Assembly (NCBI GenBank): GCA_023266115.1
Contig: JAHFRU010000001.1
Coordinates: 271,905 to 335,904 of the forward strand
Direction: 5' to 3'
DNA length: 64,000 nucleotides
DNA from: Gammaproteobacteria bacterium
GTDB taxonomy: Bacteria; Pseudomonadota; Gammaproteobacteria; VBWC01
This document shows positions 8,960 to 19,400 of this stretch, one piece after another. Position 1 is the first letter of the stretch. Each line of letters opens with the position of its first letter. The notes beneath the pieces were generated by a model that saw only the letters and a list, made by a program, of their open reading frames with translations, made no database searches and was not told the origin of the DNA. Position numbers and translations under genes: made by a program.

Positions 8960-10522
8960 TCATGCCCCGGACTCCATTTTATTCCGTCCGGGCCAGGCTT
9001 TCTTTTGCGCTTGACGCTTCGCAGTCTTTTTGATCGCGGGCGGCGGTTTGATCACCTGCTTATCGAGCAGCAGGTTCAGCGTGTAGCGGATGCCGAATCC
9101 GGTGGTATCGGTCGGTACGTGCGCCAGTCCGCCTTTATTACTACTGGCGCTCAGGTCGACGTGCAGCCAAGGGATATCCTTGCCGACGAAGCGGCTCAAG
9201 AAACGCGTCGCGAGGATGTGATCCGCCGTGCCGTCGAGGGCGCACTGCTTGATATCGGCGATGTCGCTGTCAAGCGCCTTGTCGTAATCGGCATCGGTCG
9301 GAAACGGCCAGACGCGCTCGCCGCTGTCGCGCCCGGCCGCAATCACGTCGGCCAGCATCTCGTCGCGATTGGTAAACGCGCCGCTGTAGGCGGTGCCCAG
9401 CGCATGTACGCAGGAACCGGTCAGCGTTGCATAATCGATGATCAGGTCCGGTTTGGCTTGTGAGGCGATCGCCAGCGTATCGGCCAGCACCATGCGGCCC
9501 TCGGCATCGGTATGCACCACTTCAATCGTCGTGCCGTTGCTCGCCGTCACGATGTCGTTTGGCTTGTAGGCCTTGGGGCCGACGTGGTTCTGCGCCAGAG
9601 CGAGCCAGCAGTCGACGGCGATGTCGGCCTTGATCCCGGTAAGCGCCAGCAGCGTGCCGAGCGCAACAGCGCTGCCGGCCATGTCTTCGTGCATGCCGTA
9701 CATGAACTTCGCCGGTTTCACGTTGACGCCGCCGGTGTCGTAACAAATACCCTTGCCGACCAGCGCCAGTTTTCGTTTGGCATGGCGCGGCCGGTATTGC
9801 AGATGCACAATGCCGGCATCCGCCGCGGCGCTGCCCTGCGCAACGGCGAGAAATGCGCCGGCCTTTTTGCGCTTTAATGCGGCGGTATCGAGAAACTGCA
9901 TGCGCCAGCCGTGTTGCCGGGTGAGCGTCGCAATACGTTTGCGATACATCGCCGGCGTCAGCTCGTTCGACGGCAGTATCGTCAGCTCGCGCGCAAGATT
10001 ATTACCGGCCGCCTCGGCCAGGGTACGGGCAAGATCGATTTGTTTGCCCACGCCGTGCAGTGCGACCGTGGCCAGGCGCTTCGGTTTCGGTTGCTTGCTT
10101 TTGAATTGCGGCAGCTCGGCCGATGCGGCGAGCAGCGCCGCCACCAGCGCCAGCGCCGCGTGTTCGGTGTCGGCGGGGGTTAGCCCGGCGAACAGTACAT
10201 CAATATTGGCGGGATCAGCGCCGAGCAGCGCCGCAACCGCCTTGCGCGCCAGTGTCAGCCGTTGGAACGCGCTGCTGTCCGCTGCCAGCCAGATGCACGC
10301 CACCCGGGTACCGGTACCGTTCGGCAGCTCCGTCACGAATGGCTCCGTCGTGCCCACCCGGTCGCCGAGGCGCTCAAAACGCTTCTTGATGATGTCTCGG
10401 TACGCAAAAACCGGCCAGGCCGGTTTGGCGTCGCTACACGGCAATACCACGATCAACGCGTCAATAGAATCAACGGCCTTTTCGGCCGGCGCGTTCAGGT
10501 TCTGTTTTACCTTGATTTTCAT
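8960..10522 (-). CDS. pepA: Leucyl aminopeptidase, peptidase family M17
   Basis: M17 signature NTDAEGRMVLADTL and the catalytic region VGKGICYDTGGVNVKP...HEDMAGSA. The product is 520 aa. Confidence 0.9.
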   Translation of the reverse strand: MKIKVKQNLNAPAEKAVDSIDALIVVLPCSDAKPAWPVFAYRDIIKKRFERLGDRVGTTEPFVTELPNGTGTRVACIWLAADSSAFQRLTLARKAVAALLGADPANIDVLFAGLTPADTEHAALALVAALLAASAELPQFKSKQPKPKRLATVALHGVGKQIDLARTLAEAAGNNLARELTILPSNELTPAMYRKRIATLTRQHGWRMQFLDTAALKRKKAGAFLAVAQGSAAADAGIVHLQYRPRHAKRKLALVGKGICYDTGGVNVKPAKFMYGMHEDMAGSAVALGTLLALTGIKADIAVDCWLALAQNHVGPKAYKPNDIVTASNGTTIEVVHTDAEGRMVLADTLAIASQAKPDLIIDYATLTGSCVHALGTAYSGAFTNRDEMLADVIAAGRDSGERVWPFPTDADYDKALDSDIADIKQCALDGTADHILATRFLSRFVGKDIPWLHVDLSASSNKGGLAHVPTDTTGFGIRYTLNLLLDKQVIKPPPAIKKTAKRQAQKKAWPGRNKMESGA

Positions 10523-10614
10523 TTAGAATATGCCGGGTTCACCTTGACCAAGGCCATTAAAACACAGATCATATCGCGCTCACGCGATTTCTGGTATCCA
10601 AGGTAAGCTGTCTC

Positions 10615-11619
10615 ATGAATAACACTGATAAGAAACGGCTGCTCCGCGACATGCTGTTTTCCCGGCGTTTCGAGGAGCACTGTTACGTAGGCTATGTCGA
10701 ACGCAAAATCGGCGGATTCCTGCACCTGTATCCGGGTCAGGAGGCCTGCGCCCATGGCGTGATGGCGGCAGCAAAGCCGGGATTCGATTATGTGATTACC
10801 GGCTACCGGGATCATGTCCACGCCATGCTGAGCGGCGCCGACCCCAAGGCCGTCATGGCCGAGCTCTACGCGAAAGAAACCGGCACCTGCAAGGGCCGCG
10901 GCGGCTCCATGCATATATTTGATGTCGAGCACCGCTTCATGGGCGGCTATGCGCTGGTCGGCGGGCCGTTTCCGCTGGCGGCCGGCATGGCCAAGGCCAT
11001 CAAGCTGAAGGGCGGCGAAGAGATCGCGATCTGCTTTCTCGGCGATGCCGCCAACAACCAGGGCAGCTTTCATGAGGCGCTGAACATGGCGTCGGTATGG
11101 AAACTGCCGGTGCTCTATGTCTGCGAAAACAATCTTTATGGTATCGGCACGCGCATTGACCGTTCGACGGCGGTGCTGGATCAGTACAAGCGCGTCGCCG
11201 GTTACAACATTCCATCCGAGCAGGTCGACGGCCAGGACATCGAGATCGTCTACAAAGCCGCGCAGAAAGCGGTCGATCATGTCCGTTCCGGCACGGGACC
11301 GTATTTTCTCGAGCTGATGACCTACCGCTATCGCGGCCACTCGATGTCCGATTCCAACACCTACCGCTCCAAGGACGAAGAGAAGGAGTGGATCGAGCGC
11401 GACCCGATCAACATCCTGCGCGAGCGTTTGATCAAGGCCAAGGTGCTGACGATGGCCGAGTTCAAGGCGATGGACAAAGAGATACTCGATGAAATAGACA
11501 ACGAAATCGTGCCGTTCGCCGAACAGTCGCCGGAACCGGACGTCGCCGAACTGGAGAAGTATCTGTTCGCCGAGAACGATCCCTGGGTAACGGGCGGTGC
11601 ACAGGGAGAGGCGAGCTGA
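10615..11619 (+). CDS. pdhA: Pyruvate (2-oxoacid) dehydrogenase E1 component, alpha subunit (TPP-dependent)
   Basis: The sequence reads YPGQEACAHGV...GGSMHIFD...LGDAANNQGSFHEALNMASVWKLPVLYVCENNLYGIGT...YRYRGHSMSD. Confidence 0.9.
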   Translation: MNNTDKKRLLRDMLFSRRFEEHCYVGYVERKIGGFLHLYPGQEACAHGVMAAAKPGFDYVITGYRDHVHAMLSGADPKAVMAELYAKETGTCKGRGGSMHIFDVEHRFMGGYALVGGPFPLAAGMAKAIKLKGGEEIAICFLGDAANNQGSFHEALNMASVWKLPVLYVCENNLYGIGTRIDRSTAVLDQYKRVAGYNIPSEQVDGQDIEIVYKAAQKAVDHVRSGTGPYFLELMTYRYRGHSMSDSNTYRSKDEEKEWIERDPINILRERLIKAKVLTMAEFKAMDKEILDEIDNEIVPFAEQSPEPDVAELEKYLFAENDPWVTGGAQGEAS

Positions 11620-12599
11620 TGGCCGAGATACGCTTCTGGGAGGCGATCCGCCGTGCCCATGACGAAGAGATGGCGAACGATCCGCTGGTGATCGCGATGG
11701 GCGAAGACATCGGCGTCGCCGGTGGCACCTACAAGGCGACGCAAGGGCTGTACGACAAATACGGCCCTGAACGGATCATCGACACGCCGATTTCAGAGAA
11801 TGGCTACACCGGCCTCGGTATAGGCGCGTCGTTTCTCGGCGTGCGGCCGATCATCGAGATCATGTCGGTCAACTTCGCCTGGCTGGCGCTGGATCAGATC
11901 GCCAATTCCGCCGTCAAGGTGCGTTACATGTCCGGTGGCCAGCTCACAGCGCCAGTGGTGATCCGCTCACCGGGTGGCACCGCGCATCAGCTGGGCGCGC
12001 AGCATTCGGCGCGCATGGAAAAGGTATTCATGGGCATCGCCGGTCTAAGAGTTGTCACTCCGTCGACCCCGCGCCAGGCCTACGGCATGCTGAAGTCCGC
12101 CGTGCGCTGCAACGACCCGGTGTTCATCTATGAACACGAGCTGATGTACAACATGAAGGGCGAGGTGCCTGACGCTGAATTCTTCCATCCGCTGGTAGGC
12201 TCGGAGGTTGCGCGCGAAGGCAAGGACGTGACGCTGTTCGGTTACAACATCTCGGTGCACTGGTGTCTGGAGGCGGCGAAGCTGCTGGCCGACAAGCACG
12301 GCATCAATTGCGAGGTCGTTGACCTGTACTGCTTAAGCCCGCTGGATCGGGCAGGCATTAAAAAGTCGGTATCGAAGACGCATCGTGCAATCATCGTCGA
12401 AGAGGCCGAACCCGCCGTGGGCGTAGGCGCGGAGGTCATGGCGATTATCAATGAAGAATGTTTCTTCGAACTCGACGCCGCGCCGAAACGCGTCTCCGCC
12501 GTCAATATCCCGATCCCCTACAACCACGCCCTCGAAAAAGCCACGATCCCGCATGCCAAGGATGTCGTGAAGGCGGTGCGGGCGATGATGGGGAAGTAA
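11619..12599 (+). CDS. pdhB: Pyruvate (2-oxoacid) dehydrogenase E1 component, beta subunit
   Basis: It is coupled to pdhA by a TGATG overlap. The sequence reads IAMGEDIGVAGGTYKATQGLYDKYGPERIIDTPISENGYTGLGIGAS... Confidence 0.9.
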   Translation: MAEIRFWEAIRRAHDEEMANDPLVIAMGEDIGVAGGTYKATQGLYDKYGPERIIDTPISENGYTGLGIGASFLGVRPIIEIMSVNFAWLALDQIANSAVKVRYMSGGQLTAPVVIRSPGGTAHQLGAQHSARMEKVFMGIAGLRVVTPSTPRQAYGMLKSAVRCNDPVFIYEHELMYNMKGEVPDAEFFHPLVGSEVAREGKDVTLFGYNISVHWCLEAAKLLADKHGINCEVVDLYCLSPLDRAGIKKSVSKTHRAIIVEEAEPAVGVGAEVMAIINEECFFELDAAPKRVSAVNIPIPYNHALEKATIPHAKDVVKAVRAMMGK

Positions 12600-12635
12600 A
12601 GGTATTAGTGACGGTAGTAACCGCCGGCTGAATAG

Positions 12636-12700
12636 TGATCCCCTCACCCCGACTCTCTCCCTGTGGGAGAGGGGGGAAGACAGGGTGGGGCGCAACCAGT
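12636..12700. repeat. REP-like palindromic element (cccctcacccc...ctctccctgtgggagagggg)
   Basis: An inverted repeat ctctccc/gggagag sits within a C-tract/G-tract palindrome. The same module recurs at 20745-20785, 22785-22825 and 38265-38320. Confidence 0.6.
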
Positions 12701-12821
12701 CTGAATTTGGTGTCGGTGAATGATTAAAGCGTCCCTTCTCCTTTAGGGAGAAGGACACGACTGCATGGATGCAGGAGGTCGAGCAACGCAGGAGCAGTTG
12801 CCGGGGATGAGGGATAGTTAA

Positions 12822-12974
12822 CTAGGGAAGCTCTGATGTGTCGTCATTCCGGGCGGAGCGTAGCGGAGACCCGGAATCCAGCGCTTTCGAAACAGGGTGT
12901 TACTGGATTCCCGCGAAGTTCATGCCCGGAGGGTACGGGAATGACAACAAAATGATTAATCAGAGCTTCCCTAG
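12822..12974. mobile_element. Miniature inverted-repeat element, family 1 (~150 bp, 16-bp perfect TIR CTAGGGAAGCTCTGAT / ATCAGAGCTTCCCTAG)
   Basis: Perfect terminal inverted repeats are visible. The internal hairpin modules are gtcattccgggcgg...cccggaatcc and ggattcccgcgaag...gggaatgac. A second copy lies at 37442-37594 in the opposite orientation. Confidence 0.75.
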
Positions 12975-13140
12975 AAGTTTGTTCCCTCACCCCGACCCTA
13001 CCCCCAGGGAAATCCTAAGGGAGAGGGGGAACGCGCGTAGGATGGGTGCAGCCGCAGGCGCAACCCATCAGAACACTGGATTCCTGCTTGTGCAGGCACG
13101 ACTAGCAACGGCAGAACTAAAACGATAAACAGCTGACCCG

Positions 13141-16100
13141 ATGTCTCAACCCTACACAATCAAAATGCCGCAGCTCTCCGACACGATGACCGAAGGTGTG
13201 GTCGTCAGCTGGGAGAAGAACATCGGCGACAGGATCGAGCGCGGCGACATCGTCGCGACTGTCGAGACCGACAAGGCCATCATGGACGTTGAGGTGTTCC
13301 GCGAGGGCTATCTCTCGGGCCCGCGCGCGGCCGTCGACAGCGTCGTGCTGGTTGGTGGCGCGCTAGCCTATCTGGTAGCCAGCGCGAACGAGGTTGTCGC
13401 GGAAGCCGGCGCGGCGCCGGTGGCGTCCGGCGATGAGGAAGCATCCGCAGCACCCGCCGCCGCATCGGCCAGCGCCGCGCCGCAGGCATCCGCCGAACCC
13501 GAAGGCGTCACCCACATAATCAAAATGCCGCAGCTGTCGGACACGATGACCGAAGGTGTTGTCGTTGAATGGCAGAAGCAGGTTGGCGACAAGATCGAGC
13601 GCGGTGACATCGTCGCCAGCGTCGAGACCGACAAGGCGATCATGGACGTCGAGGTGTTTCGCGAGGGCTTTCTGTCCGGCCCGCTGGCCGAGGCCGACAG
13701 CGTGATTCCGGTAGGCGCTGCCATGGGTTATCTGGTCGAGGCCAGGGCGCAGGTGCAGAGCGGCGCGATGGCGCCCGTCGCCGCTGCGGCCGCAGAGCCG
13801 CAGAAGAAAAAGAAGACCGCCGCGTCGACATCATCGGCGACTACAGCCGGTACGCGTCCCGCGTCGCGCCCGAAGAGCAAGCTCGCGACACCGTATGCGC
13901 GCAAACTCGCCGGCGAGACGGGCGTCGATCTCAACATGCTGGCCGGCAGCGGCCCGCGCAACGTGATTGTCGGCGCCGACGTGCATCGCACCGCGCCGGT
14001 CGTGCCGGCGGGCGCAGCGTTCCCGGTCGTTGAAGTGCCCGGTGCCGGCCGGCCGATGACCTCGCTGGAGCGCAACATTGCGCAGGCCATGAGCGGCGCG
14101 CTAAGCATGCCGACATTCCGGGTTAGTCTGAACGCGCAACCCACGGCACTGATCAGCGCGGCGAAGAAGGCCGGCATCTCGGTCTCGGTCGCGATCGCCA
14201 GGGCCTGCGCGCTGGCGATGCAAAAACACCCGAACATGAACTGGGCCTATCAGCCGGTCGACAAACTCGTCGAGCGCGCCAACGTCGATATCGGCGTGGC
14301 CGTCGCCGCCGACGATGGCGGGCTGGTGGTGCCGATACTGCGCAACTGCGAATCGCGCACGCTGGCTGAGCTCAATGCCGACTGGAGTGACCTCGTCCCG
14401 CGCGCGCGCAAGCGCCGCCTGAAGCCGGTCGAATTTCAAAACCCGACGTTCATGGTGTCGAACATGGGCATGCTCGGTGTGACGTACTTCGATGCGATTC
14501 CAACGCCGGGCACTGCCGCGATACTTGCAATCTCGTCAGCCGATGAGCGGGGCATGCCGCTCACGATCACCGCGGATCACCGCGTCGTCAACGGAGCGGA
14601 TGTGGCCATGTATCTGAACACCCTGAAGCAGTACATCGAACAGCCGGACGGCTGGATGGGCGCGGGCGGTCCGGCGATCCCGGCCGGCAACTGGAACTAC
14701 GATGTCGTCATCATCGGCGGCGGCCCCGGCGGCGAAGACTGCGCGCGCGAACTTGTCGAACACGGCCTCAAGGTCGCGATGATCAACGATGCGCCGTTTC
14801 CCGGCGGCGAATGTCTGTGGCGCGGCTGCATTCCGTCCAAGGCGTGGCGTGCCGCGGCCGATCGCATCCGCGACCGCGTGCATGACGCGCGCCTCGGCAT
14901 CAAGGGCACGACTACCGCGAAGCTTGACTGGAAGATGCTCGAAAAAACCCGGCGCGGCGTGCTCGAAACACGCGGCGCGATGGCGCTGAAGACCGATACC
15001 AGCCTCAAGATCAAGTTCATCCAGGGCTTCGCGCGTTTCGAAAACGATCACACCGTGTTCGTCGATACCTCCGGCAATCAGAAGGACCCGCATGCGCGCG
15101 CGCCGCAAGGTGCCGGAAAGAAAGGGCAACGCATCACATTCGGTTGCGCGGTCATCGCAACCGGCGCGCCGCCGTTCGTACCGCCGATCCCCGGCGCGGC
15201 TGAAGGCCTCAAGTCCGGCGGCGTGCTCACCTCCGATACCGTCTGGTTCCTGAAACAGGCGCCAAAGAAACTCGCCATCGTTGGCGGCGGTGCAATCGGT
15301 GTCGAGATGGCGCAGATTTTCCAGGACTTCGGCGCGCAGGTCACGCTGGTCGAGGTGCAGGAGCGCATCCTTGCCGAGGTCGAACCCGAGGTCGCGAAGA
15401 ATCTCGCCACGATACTGAATGACGATCCACGCCTGACCGTGCACACGGCTGCGAAGGTCGAAAAGATCAGCGGCAAGCCGGGCAGGATGGAGCTGACTTT
15501 CAAGCCCGCCGAAGGCCGCGCGAAGAAACTTGCCGTGGATTACGTGATCATGGCCACCGGCAAGCGTCCGGTGCTCGATCCACTAAACCTCGCCGCCGCC
15601 GGTGTCGCCATCGACAAAGGCGTGATCAATGCCGACGCCTCGTGCCGCACCAGCATGCCGCATATCTTCGCGGTCGGCGATGTGATTGGCGGCTACATGC
15701 TCGCGCATACCGCCGGCCAGCAGGGCCGCGTCGCCGCCGCCACCATCAGCGGCGAGTCCGCAAAATACGATCAGGACAAGGACTGCGGCGTGATCTTCAC
15801 GCGCCCGCAGGCCGCGTTCGTCGGCCTGTCGGTTGCACAAGCCAAGCAGAAAAACATCGACGCCGTCGAAGTGAAAATGCCGATGAGCATCGACGCCAAG
15901 GCAATGATCACCGGCGAAACACTGGGCATGATTAAACTCGTCGCCGACAAGGCCAGCCGCCGCATCATCGGCGTGCACTTCCTCACCGACCACGCCGACA
16001 CGCTGATCGGCGAGGCCGTGATGATGGTCGCGGGTCAACTGACGCTCGACCAGGTCGCTCACGCCATCCACCCGCACCCGACCCAGACCGAACTCTTCGG

Positions 16101-16164
16101 CGAAATGGCTCGCCGGTTGCTGTCGCGCCTGCGGCGTTCGCAAAAGATCGCGGTGAAAAAGTAG
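13141..16164 (+). CDS. Fused dihydrolipoamide acyltransferase (E2) and dihydrolipoamide dehydrogenase (E3) in one 1007-aa polypeptide
   Basis: It is a single uninterrupted ORF. It has two lipoyl domains (..VETDKAIMDVEVFREGYLSGP.. twice) and a peripheral-subunit-binding domain (ATPYARKLAGETGVDLNMLAGSGPRNVI). The E2 catalytic core carries DHRVVNGA. A short Gly/Pro linker (GAGGPAIPAGNWN) follows. The E3 part has an FAD-binding motif (YDVVIIGGGPGGEDCA), the redox disulfide CLWRGCIPSK, a second Rossmann motif (LAIVGGGAIGVEMAQ) and a C-terminal HPHPTQTE. Confidence 0.85.
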   Translation: MSQPYTIKMPQLSDTMTEGVVVSWEKNIGDRIERGDIVATVETDKAIMDVEVFREGYLSGPRAAVDSVVLVGGALAYLVASANEVVAEAGAAPVASGDEEASAAPAAASASAAPQASAEPEGVTHIIKMPQLSDTMTEGVVVEWQKQVGDKIERGDIVASVETDKAIMDVEVFREGFLSGPLAEADSVIPVGAAMGYLVEARAQVQSGAMAPVAAAAAEPQKKKKTAASTSSATTAGTRPASRPKSKLATPYARKLAGETGVDLNMLAGSGPRNVIVGADVHRTAPVVPAGAAFPVVEVPGAGRPMTSLERNIAQAMSGALSMPTFRVSLNAQPTALISAAKKAGISVSVAIARACALAMQKHPNMNWAYQPVDKLVERANVDIGVAVAADDGGLVVPILRNCESRTLAELNADWSDLVPRARKRRLKPVEFQNPTFMVSNMGMLGVTYFDAIPTPGTAAILAISSADERGMPLTITADHRVVNGADVAMYLNTLKQYIEQPDGWMGAGGPAIPAGNWNYDVVIIGGGPGGEDCARELVEHGLKVAMINDAPFPGGECLWRGCIPSKAWRAAADRIRDRVHDARLGIKGTTTAKLDWKMLEKTRRGVLETRGAMALKTDTSLKIKFIQGFARFENDHTVFVDTSGNQKDPHARAPQGAGKKGQRITFGCAVIATGAPPFVPPIPGAAEGLKSGGVLTSDTVWFLKQAPKKLAIVGGGAIGVEMAQIFQDFGAQVTLVEVQERILAEVEPEVAKNLATILNDDPRLTVHTAAKVEKISGKPGRMELTFKPAEGRAKKLAVDYVIMATGKRPVLDPLNLAAAGVAIDKGVINADASCRTSMPHIFAVGDVIGGYMLAHTAGQQGRVAAATISGESAKYDQDKDCGVIFTRPQAAFVGLSVAQAKQKNIDAVEVKMPMSIDAKAMITGETLGMIKLVADKASRRIIGVHFLTDHADTLIGEAVMMVAGQLTLDQVAHAIHPHPTQTELFGEMARRLLSRLRRSQKIAVKK

Positions 16165-16226
16165 CAGATTGTCCACGGCCGGGAAAGCCCGGGCCTTGAA
16201 CGACGATTCGGTGGTATTACCCGCCT

Positions 16227-16328
16227 GTCATTTCGAGCCTGGTCCCGAGCGCAGCGAGGGAGCACGCGAGAAATCCGTGTCTCGAACGAGCGTGAAAGAC
16301 ACGGATTTCTCCCTGCGGTCGAAATGAC
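16227..16328. repeat. Dispersed palindromic repeat, family 3 (GTCATTTCGAGCC...GGTCGAAATGAC)
   Basis: Outer inverted repeat gtcatttcgagcc / ggtcgaaatgac with an inner hairpin gagaaatccgtgtc...gacacggatttctc. A second copy lies at 20929-21040 in the same orientation. Confidence 0.7.
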
Positions 16329-16445
16329 ACCGATCCAAGTCGGAATGACACCGACCCAAATTGGGTTAACTGCGTGATTCCCGCCTTAAAACGGTTACCA
16401 CTCTCCAAACGCGTCGAAGCTAAGTGAAGCCTGGCCGGTAACACG

Positions 16446-19400
16446 GTGCCAGCCGCCAATGTCTCACGCCGCCGCCTCCCCGGGTTTACACGGCGGCCAC
16501 GAAAAGCCATTATGGCCGTCAGGGGTTTCTTCGACAGGTGTTCGCGCATGTCCAGGCTGTCGCATACGACGGTAACGGAAATATTCGCCGCGCTGGCGCC
16601 CTCCGGGCTCGGGGTTGCCTATGCCGATCTGGCTGGCACGATTCTCGACGTCAATCCATCGTATTGCCGAATGGTCGGCTATTCACGGGAGGCGCTGGTC
16701 GGGCGCCGTATTTCAGAGATCACCTCTCCAGATGATGTCCGGAACGACATCCATGGTTTTCAGGAACTGGTTTCCGGGCACGTCCCGAGCTATCGCGTCG
16801 AAAAGCGTTATCTGCGCAAGGACAACACCGTTGTCTGGGCATCGGTGCTGGTGCTGCTGATCAAAGGAGACAACGATGCCCCCGCCAACATGCTCGCTCT
16901 TATCGAAGACATCACCGATCGCAAGCGGCTCGAAAGCGAGAAGCAGACCATGGAGCTGCGCTACCAGACGCTCTTCAACCAATTGCCGAACAGCGTTGTG
17001 CTGATCGACGCCGCTACGAGGATCATCGGCTTCAACGACGAGGCGCTGCGCGTTTACGAATACACGCCAGAGGAAATGTTGCAGCTGTACGTCAAGGATT
17101 ACTCGCTGGCCTATAACGAGGAGCGGATACAGGAAATCATGCAGCGGCTGCTGGCCACCGGCCGGGCCGATTTTCTGTCGCGGCATAAAACGAAAAATGG
17201 ACGCGTCCTCGATGTAAAAGTGTCCGTGCGCGCCATCCGGCTGCCGAATGAGGCGCCTCTTTTCCAGTGTGTTTTTCATGACATCACCGCCATCAAGCAG
17301 GCCGAGCACGCGCTGACGCAGGAAAAGGCGAACCTCAACGCCATCATGGACAACCTGCCACACCTGCTGTGGCTGAAGGATCGCGAAGGGCGCTACATCG
17401 CGGTCAATGCGCCTTTCGCGGCCTCGGCCGGCAAGGCGAGTCCACAGGAAATACTGAATAAAACCGACTTCGATCTCTGGCCGCATGAGCTCGCCGAGAA
17501 ATTTCGCGCCGACGATGCGGATGTCATGGCGACGCGCCGGCGTAAGCAGCTGGAGGAATATGTGCTGGATAAAGGCCGGTATATCTGGGTCGAGACCAAC
17601 AAGACGCCGATCCTGGACAGCGACGGCAAACTGCTCGGCACCGTAGGCTTTGCGCGCGACATCACCGCCAGCAAACAGGCCGCGGAAGCCCTGCGGCAAA
17701 GCGAAGAAAGGTTGCGGCAGGCGACCCGCGCGTCCCGGGCCGGCATCTTCGATCACGATTACCTCACCAACATGCTCTACTGGTCTCCCGAGCTGCGGGA
17801 CATCTACGGCCGCGCGCCCAATGACCCGGCGACATTTGACGCATTCATCGCGCATATTCATCCGGACGATCGCGAGCGGGTCATGACGAGCATCCGCAAT
17901 GCTCACGATCCGGCCATCACCGGGACCGACGATCTGTTTTTCGTCGAGTTCCGGCTGGTGCGCACCGATGGCACGACGCGCTGGGTGATCGCGCGTTCAC
18001 AGGCCTTATTTGAAGGCCAGGGCGTGGCACGACGTCTGGTACGCACCATCGGCGCCATTGTCGATATCACCGCGCGCAAACGGGCGGAAACCGCACTGCG
18101 CGACAGCGAGGAGCGTCTGGCGCTCGCCACGCATGCGGGCGGTGTCGGCATCTGGGACTGGAATATCGACGGCGGTGAGCTTGTCTGGGGCGACGGTATG
18201 TTCCAGCTGTATGGCATACGGCGCGAGGATTTCGCGGGACGCTATGACGTGTGGTGCCGCAGCTTCCACCCGGATGATCGGGCGCGGGCGGAAGCCGGGA
18301 TACAAGCCTGCGTTCTGGACAAGAAATCTTTTGATACCGAATTCCGCATCGTCCGTCCGGACGGTGGAATCCGGCATATCAAGGCCCACGGCGAACTGGT
18401 CTGTGACGAACACGGCCGCGTCCAGCGCATGGTTGGCACCAACTGGGACATCTCCGAACTCAAACGCGCCGAGGAGGCGATGCGCGAGGGTCACGAACGG
18501 TTGCAGCAGGCGCTGGAGGCGAGCAATACCGGCACCTGGCGCGTTGATCTACGCAGCAATATGGATTCACGCGACGCCTCGCTGAACCGCATGCTTGGCC
18601 TGCCGGGGGAGCCAAGCACGCAGTCCGTGGAAGACTGGTTTTCGTATCTGCATCCCGACGAGGCGCCGGCGCTGCACGAGGCCTGGCAGCGCGCGATGGA
18701 AACCGGGCTGTATGACGTGGAGCATCGCCTGATCCGTCGCGACGGCACGGTGCTATGGGTGTACGACCGCGGCGTCATGGTGCGCGATGGCGCTGGTCAA
18801 TTGAGTTACGCGATCGGCGCGGCCATGGACATTACTGAGCGCAAGCAGGCCGAAGAGACCATGCGGCTGGCGGCATCGATCTACCAATCCAGCATGGAAG
18901 CCATCCTGGTGACCGACGAGCGCAACCGCATCGTCGACGTCAACCTGGCCTTCACGCGCATTACCGGCTATACACTGTCCGAGATTACCGGCCAGGACCC
19001 CAGCATATTGCAGTCCGGCCGGCACGACGACGCGTTTTACCGCGAGATGTGGCGCGCCATTCACGACGACGGTCACTGGCAGGGCGAAATCTGGGACCGG
19101 CGCAGGAACGGCGACGTGTATGCCAAATGGGTCAATATCAGCGTCATCCGGCATGCGGACGGCAGCGTGTACCGCCACATCGCGCAGTTCTCCGACATCA
19201 CCGAAAAAAAGCGTCAGGACGAATTGATCTGGACGCAGGCCAACTACGATGCGCTCACCAGCCTGCCGAACCGCCGGTTGTTCCAGGACCGCCTCGAAGT
19301 GGAAATCCGCAAATCCAATCGCACGGGTTCGCCGATCGCGCTGCTGCTGATCGATCTCGACCGCTTCAAGGAGATCAACGACACGCTGGGCCACGCCAAG

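Noticed and set aside
16165-16200. Intrinsic terminator after the E2E3 gene (ggccgggaaagcccgggcc)
   Set aside because: The stem pairs imperfectly over only about 5 bp. It is followed by ccttgaacg rather than a T-tract.
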